64,000 nucleotides of DNA from Takakia lepidozioides (lineage: Eukaryota > Plantae > Bryophyta). The stretch is from the NCBI GenBank assembly GCA_030704615.1, contig CM060731.1, positions 1,612,001-1,676,000 of the forward strand, given 5' to 3'. A program made the position numbers and the translations under genes. The notes below the pieces were generated by a model. That model worked only from the letters and a program-made list of their open reading frames with translations. It made no database searches and was not told the origin of the DNA. Numbering within the stretch: position 1 is the first letter of the stretch; every line of letters begins with the position of its first letter. Below are positions 58,509-64,000 of this stretch, one piece after another.

Positions 58509-61500
58509 ATGGGGGACGACAAAGCTGCTCCATCATCGTCGGTGCGGGGGACTGGAGACCGGGAGCACTTAATGGAGGTGCATACTGAGGATGTGGAAGA
58601 TCCTCCTAAAGCTGGCCCTGCCACACCTTCAGCATATCACTCTGGTCGTGAGGTCAGGTACCCCCTTGCTGTCGGTCCAAACACCTAGAAGTGTATTGTA
58701 TTGTGTAATTTTGGTCTTTAGTGCACTTACCGCATTGGCTTCAGTCCTTTTTCAAATTGGAGCACAGTTGGATCGTCTCTTGGTTGCCAGCTTCTGCCAA
58801 GCAGATCCAGCAATCTTTTTACAGTGTCCATACGGAAGAGGGCCGATCATGCACAAATATTGTTCAGTCTTAGTGTCTCAATACTAGGTTTATCCCTGAG
58901 GTGGAAAGTCTCGTATGCAACTCCTTTCATTATCAGTCTTGATGGATTCCTATGGTTCCCTATCACTTTACAAAAAGTCATTGATAATTTTGTTCAAACA
59001 GAAAAGTAATGCTCATGGAATCCTAGTGCTATGCTTAATCTCTTGACTCGTTTGCATACCTTTCTTGCCACTTCCATGCAAATTCCTTCAGGTTACTTAT
59101 AGATTGGGCATGTTTTGAGCAACTGATAAAGTCACGCTTTGAGTTCAGCAACACTTAACTAAGAAAGTGAGAGTGAAAAGAGAAAAAAAATCTTGAACTC
59201 CATGGCAGAGCACCAGTGGTGGCACAAAGTAGAGAGAGAGATGGCTGTCAAGAGGTAAGTTGTAGCATAGGCCGCATGTATTTGTTTCTGGGATTCTAGT
59301 TGAAGTATGGAGTGTGAACCTGGACTCTTTGGTGCTTTTCTTGTACTGGGCTTGCTTCTGATTTCGTTTTATATTTTTGTCAATTCTGGTCCAGACCTCA
59401 GTTTACCTCTTTTTTGCTTCCCCCTACACCCTTTTTCCTCCCTCTTTTACCTATATCTATACACCAATGATGTTATGAGATAATTTCCTTTTTCAGGTGT
59501 GACAGGATGACTAGAAAGAGCAATTTCTTGTCTTGATGATTCTGATTACTGCAATGCCTCAAGGTGCTGACGGGGGGCTATGTGATGTGTGCAGGCTTTT
59601 TATGGGTTTCTGCAGAGTTGGGCATCAAAAAAGTTTATGAGTGGCTGGTGATGTCTCTCCCCTTTTATCGTCTTTGTGGGTTCTTTCTTCATTCTTTCCC
59701 AATGCAATATATGTTTAATGTGTGATGTGGCTATGGTATTGGTTGTAGTTGAACCAGGAACCCATACACAAGCCATGGTGCATAGCTATGGTCCATGTCT
59801 GTGCTTAGTTGGTCCATAGCCTTCAAACCATATGCTGTGAGCAGTGTGAAGAAGGCTGAAAGTCCATAGTGCTCACTGCACTGAGGGTGGCATGACCTTC
59901 CCCCCTCCCTTCAGGGTAAGGTGATGCAGCAACTGCTGTGCCAGCTCCATCCTCTCCAGTGTCCATTTCTACCCTTCTTGTGTTCTCTCACCTTCCGTGT
60001 CCTTCTCCAATCTTCTGGTTTCTTGTCTAATTTTTTTCAGTCTTCTAACACCTTTCCTGTCTTTTTTCCATCTCCTGGGTTCATCTGTCATTGTCCTATT
60101 CCTCAATGGTGTCCTTACTAATCCACGCGGTTCTTCTGTGATCTTTAATGTCCCGCTGCACTAAATATCGTGGGAAAGCAAACCCATCCTATCTATTTCA
60201 GCCCACCACAGGAGCAAGGCCGTGAGGTGCAAGTGCAGCTCCCATTCAGGGCCTAAGCGCCATATCTGTTACACACAGGGCTGCACTCTACTCTTTTCTT
60301 AGCCCAGCGCCATGTGGGCATGAGCTCAGTCACAGTGATATACTAGAGAGATGATTAAGGTGCACACAGTCTGGAGTTTTGTTGATTATGTCAGGGTGTG
60401 AGAGGTGCCTTTAGGAAGTCAAGTAACAACAGCTTATTAGATTCATGTTTCACTTCTTTAATGTGGGTACTCTGGTGTGTGCATGCAGTGTGATCCTGTT
60501 GCCAATCGCTGTTACATTTTATGTCACATGGTGGTTCATCCAATTTTTTGATGGCTTTTTCTCACCTATATATGACTCTCTTGGAATCCATGTCTTCGGT
60601 ACGTCACATGGTTTTCTTGTGAATGCTCCATACAAAATCTGTAGGATCTCGGATGTTAGGTTATCACTGTCCTGGTTGTTTGATGCACTTCCTGAATCAA
60701 GGATCTTGAGTCAGGTTTGGTACTTGCCATGAGGACCCAGTTTACTTCCATTTTGTGATTACCTGTATTGGAGTTGTGAGGTCTTAATCAGCATGCCTTA
60801 TCTCTCTTGAACAGATGTTCTCCTAGCCAAAAGTTTATACCCAGTGCTTCTGTCGTTTTGTCTCGATTCTAAGTTGCTCATCAAGCACGGGTGTTCGTGG
60901 TGTGGGTGCTGTTGCAGGGCTGGGGTTTGTGACTTCATTTGTGTTTATCTTCTTGGTGGGAGTGTTTGTGTCGTCATGGATCGGAGCCTCAGTGCTACTT
61001 GTTGGGGAGTGGTTTATCAAGCGGATGCCTCTTGTGAAACACATCTACTCTGCCTCTAAGCAGATCAGTGCTGCCATTTCCCCAGGTGATTATCCTCAAC
61101 AATCTTTGTTTTTATTACTGGCCTCCTTCTCCTTCTCTTCTGTTTGGCCTTTTACCACCTTCCTGCTCGGGACAATTGCTATGTGCAACATGTCTCTTCT
61201 CCCTTATTTTCTCCCTACCTACCCTTCTCTTTCAGTTCACTGCCAGTCCCCACAATTGGCACATCTGTCAGCATGGCAGAATCATTTGCCATGATGCCTG
61301 GACTTTGCCACTCAAATGTCATACTTGCGCATAGTGAAAGGCCAATCTGCAGTGCGGAGGTAGCTATAGCACATGTTGGGGGGGGCCTGCTGGTGTGTGT
61401 ATTGCCGAAAGGCAAACAGGCATCTGTAAAGTGGGAATATGTTATCCCAAACTACATTCTCTTAAGCAAGTGCTTGGAATACCTGCAAGTCTGACTGTTC

Positions 61501-62928
61501 TGTGTCATGTAATGTTGGCAGATCAAAACACTCAAGCATTCAAGGAGGTAGCCATTATCAGACACCCAAGAGTTGGAGAATATGCCTTCGGATTTATTAC
61601 ATCGAGCCTCATTCTTCAGGTGACATTCTGGTGAAGTTCAGATATGTTGAATGAGTAGTCCCTTGTCCGTCAATAACCAACATTGTGAAGGAAAAGAATG
61701 CTCAATGTCTACAGCACTTCATTTACATTGCTAGTGTGAAAAGAAGGTGAGCAGCCAACTGCTCTGGATCTGACTTCTGTGCCACGAAGGATGGGTCTTT
61801 AAGTTGTGTACAGGGTCATGTATGCTAGTTGATATTTGCAATAAGGTGGGTTGGTGCATCCATGCTGTGTAAGTGCTGCTGTGCTCAAGCAACCAGTTCA
61901 CAGTCTGTTGAAATGATATGAAATGAAACAATAGCAAACAGAAGACTAAAGCATCAGAAGAAAATTCGGAGGTGGAAAAAACACCTACTTCAAGGAGAAT
62001 CTGGGACGAAAACTTTGAAGTGCAATGTCATCCTGTGAAGTCATATTCATGATTTATGGACTGAGACTTCTCTAATTCACACAGAATGATCTAGGGGAGG
62101 AGGAGCTGTGCAGCATATACGTTCCCACCAATCACCTCTACATTGGTGACATCTTTCTCATCAACACTCGGGATGTCATTCGTCCAAATTTATCAGTTCG
62201 GGAAGGCATTGGTATGCACATTCTCTGTCCCTTGTCCCATAGGATTTTGGTTCTAGTGGCTGAAAACTCTGGAGAAGGTGAGTGTTGGGAATGGCTGTGT
62301 ACTAAGGTTTATGCATGCCAACTTTTTGAAGGGATTCTGATGTGAATAATTGATTTCTCTGTCTCTGTCAACTTTCTCTCTCATTTGAAGGGCCACGGTT
62401 AAACTATATGTAAGGTAAGCCCCACTATGGGATTCCATCCTGCTTCCCTCTATCCTTCTCCAAATTGGGGACCATGTCTTTAGCCACAAGGTGCACAGTC
62501 CAATAAATACATCACTCCCTTTTCTCTTTCTCTCGCAGACCCCACATGATGGGATGAGGGCAAACATGTTGGATTGATTTGATCCAGACAGATTGTACTC
62601 AGAAGACGTTGTTTGCCGTAGCCTTGTGGCCATTGATCTAGACAGAGATACTTCCTGAGGTCATCTTGAGATAGCATTGTGAGAAGTCTAATCATGTTTT
62701 AAGCCCGTGTGTGTGAAGAAGGTTTGCCGTGATGACGCTTCCCTCAATGCTTGTTACACTCTCTTATTAAGGGAAGGAAATTTTTGTAGTCATCATTCAA
62801 TTAAAAGGGGATCTGGTGGGGTGGATGCAGAGATAGTGGTGTCAGGAGGAATGTCCATGCCACAGGTGATCTCTCCAAGAGTTACAGTGGCTCCTGTTGA
62901 GAGAAATCGAGCCCTTCCTCCCAGATAG
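58509..62928 (+). CDS. COV1: COV1/LIKE-COV family membrane protein (DUF502), 7 exons
   Basis: Exons 58509-58652, 59595-59647, 60489-60598, 60918-61085, 61522-61619, 62085-62211 and 62831-62928, all GT-AG and in phase. Peptides SWASKKFMSGCVILLPIAVTFYVTWWFI, HIYSASKQISAAISPDQNTQAFKEVAIIRHPRVGEY and YVPTNHLYIGDIFL. The exact paralogue (COV1 vs LCV) is not resolved. Confidence 0.93.
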
Positions 62929-64000
62929 GATAGCCCTTATTCACCAGGCAACTAGGTGGGTCTAGATGGCATGGTTATCAAGCACAGCTATCATTGATGG
63001 TTAAGAGTCTACCTTTATGAAGTGCTGAAAGCTATTTCCACCACTTTGAGTGTTACAAGCAGAGTACCCAAAGATGGGGTCAACATAGTTCTTATTAGCC
63101 TTACATAGAAGACTTTTAAAGAGTCCGGGAATGGAATTAGGGGGGCCTGAACACGGTTTTGGTAAGACAAGGGGGGGTCTTTTGTGTGGTGTAAGCATCA
63201 CAAGGGTGTAGATTCCCCCTCATAGATTGCCCCTCACATAGATAAGTGACATCCTTAGAAGTCTCTATTGTTTGTGCCTATAGAATTTCTAATCTGTCTT
63301 TTGGGAGTTTTTTCCCTTATAGGAATGGCATAAAGGAAAAGTAGTGAGGTGTCCTTCGACTAAAACCCAGCGATGGACTGGACCCCACTGTACCTGCAGT
63401 CTGAGAATCACTGCATGGGTTGTGTCCAGACAGTCTGTCTTTTTCTCATAGGCACGAATTCAGGAGACTGATGGTGACTTTATTGTGCATGGATCACCTA
63501 CCCTGAGGTGAAGTCATTGTGGAAGCTTCTGCAATTACATTGGGATTTGTCATCACGGACGGAGCTTGCCTTGTGTGCAGAGCCAACAAATTCTGTGGAG
63601 TGTGCTCTATAAATGTCTAAACGGTAAAGCTTTCCTTATTGAAACCAGGTTTTAGAGAAAATTTGTCTGAGGAGGGCATTCTCCTACGGAGGCAAAGAGA
63701 TAGGTTTAAAGTTTCTTTGTTCCCCTTAACTATTCCTGTGAACAAGAGCTAATTCCTTCCTTTGCTGTTTCCAAGTTGTTTTCCAAGTACGACAGGAAGG
63801 GTCAATATCCATGGGACTCGCTACTATACACCCTCTTCTCAACAGGGAGAGGGCCTTTTGGGCAATCACTGGCGAGAGCTGCACTTTGGGCCCCTTATGA
63901 TTTGCACCGTTTGTGGATCCTTCAGGCAAAGGGACCTGGTGTGTCCAACTTTGAGTATGGGGTGGTAACCTCTTCCAAATCTTAGTCTGAATTGATATTG

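Noticed and set aside
63000-64000. Possible gag-like remnant (PMDID) on the minus strand
   Set aside because: Too short and degenerate to support a call.

Overview
Eukaryotic nuclear DNA from a land plant, probably a non-seed lineage (inferred from PLS-type PPR motifs, OSB PDF motifs, FAX4, COX5B and an intron-containing COV1/LCV gene). About 57 kb is a nest of transposons and gene debris. The only clearly intact host genes are tRNA-Ile(UAU) at 57779-57852 and a 7-exon COV1-like gene at 58509-62928. Two mobile elements each carry their own DNA methyltransferase. (1) A 12.5-kb Ty3/gypsy retrotransposon (42661-55150, minus strand) has a C5-cytosine methyltransferase with all catalytic motifs between protease and RT, and a PHD finger after the integrase. 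It also has a probable self-priming PBS, captured intronless COX5B and FAX4 copies, and circularly permuted ends (B...A-B-A) cut at a GACA-GC-TGTC palindrome. (2) A 13.1-kb Mutator-like DNA transposon (16612-29735, 9-bp TSD) is inserted in a CACTA transposase. Opposite its transposase it encodes a spliced gene joining a ParB/Srx-like domain to a beta-class (N4C/N6A-type) amino-methyltransferase, and it is studded with a 22-bp palindrome. Most element ORFs have frameshifts or premature stops, from decay or assembly error. Coordinates were read by eye and no database searches were run.
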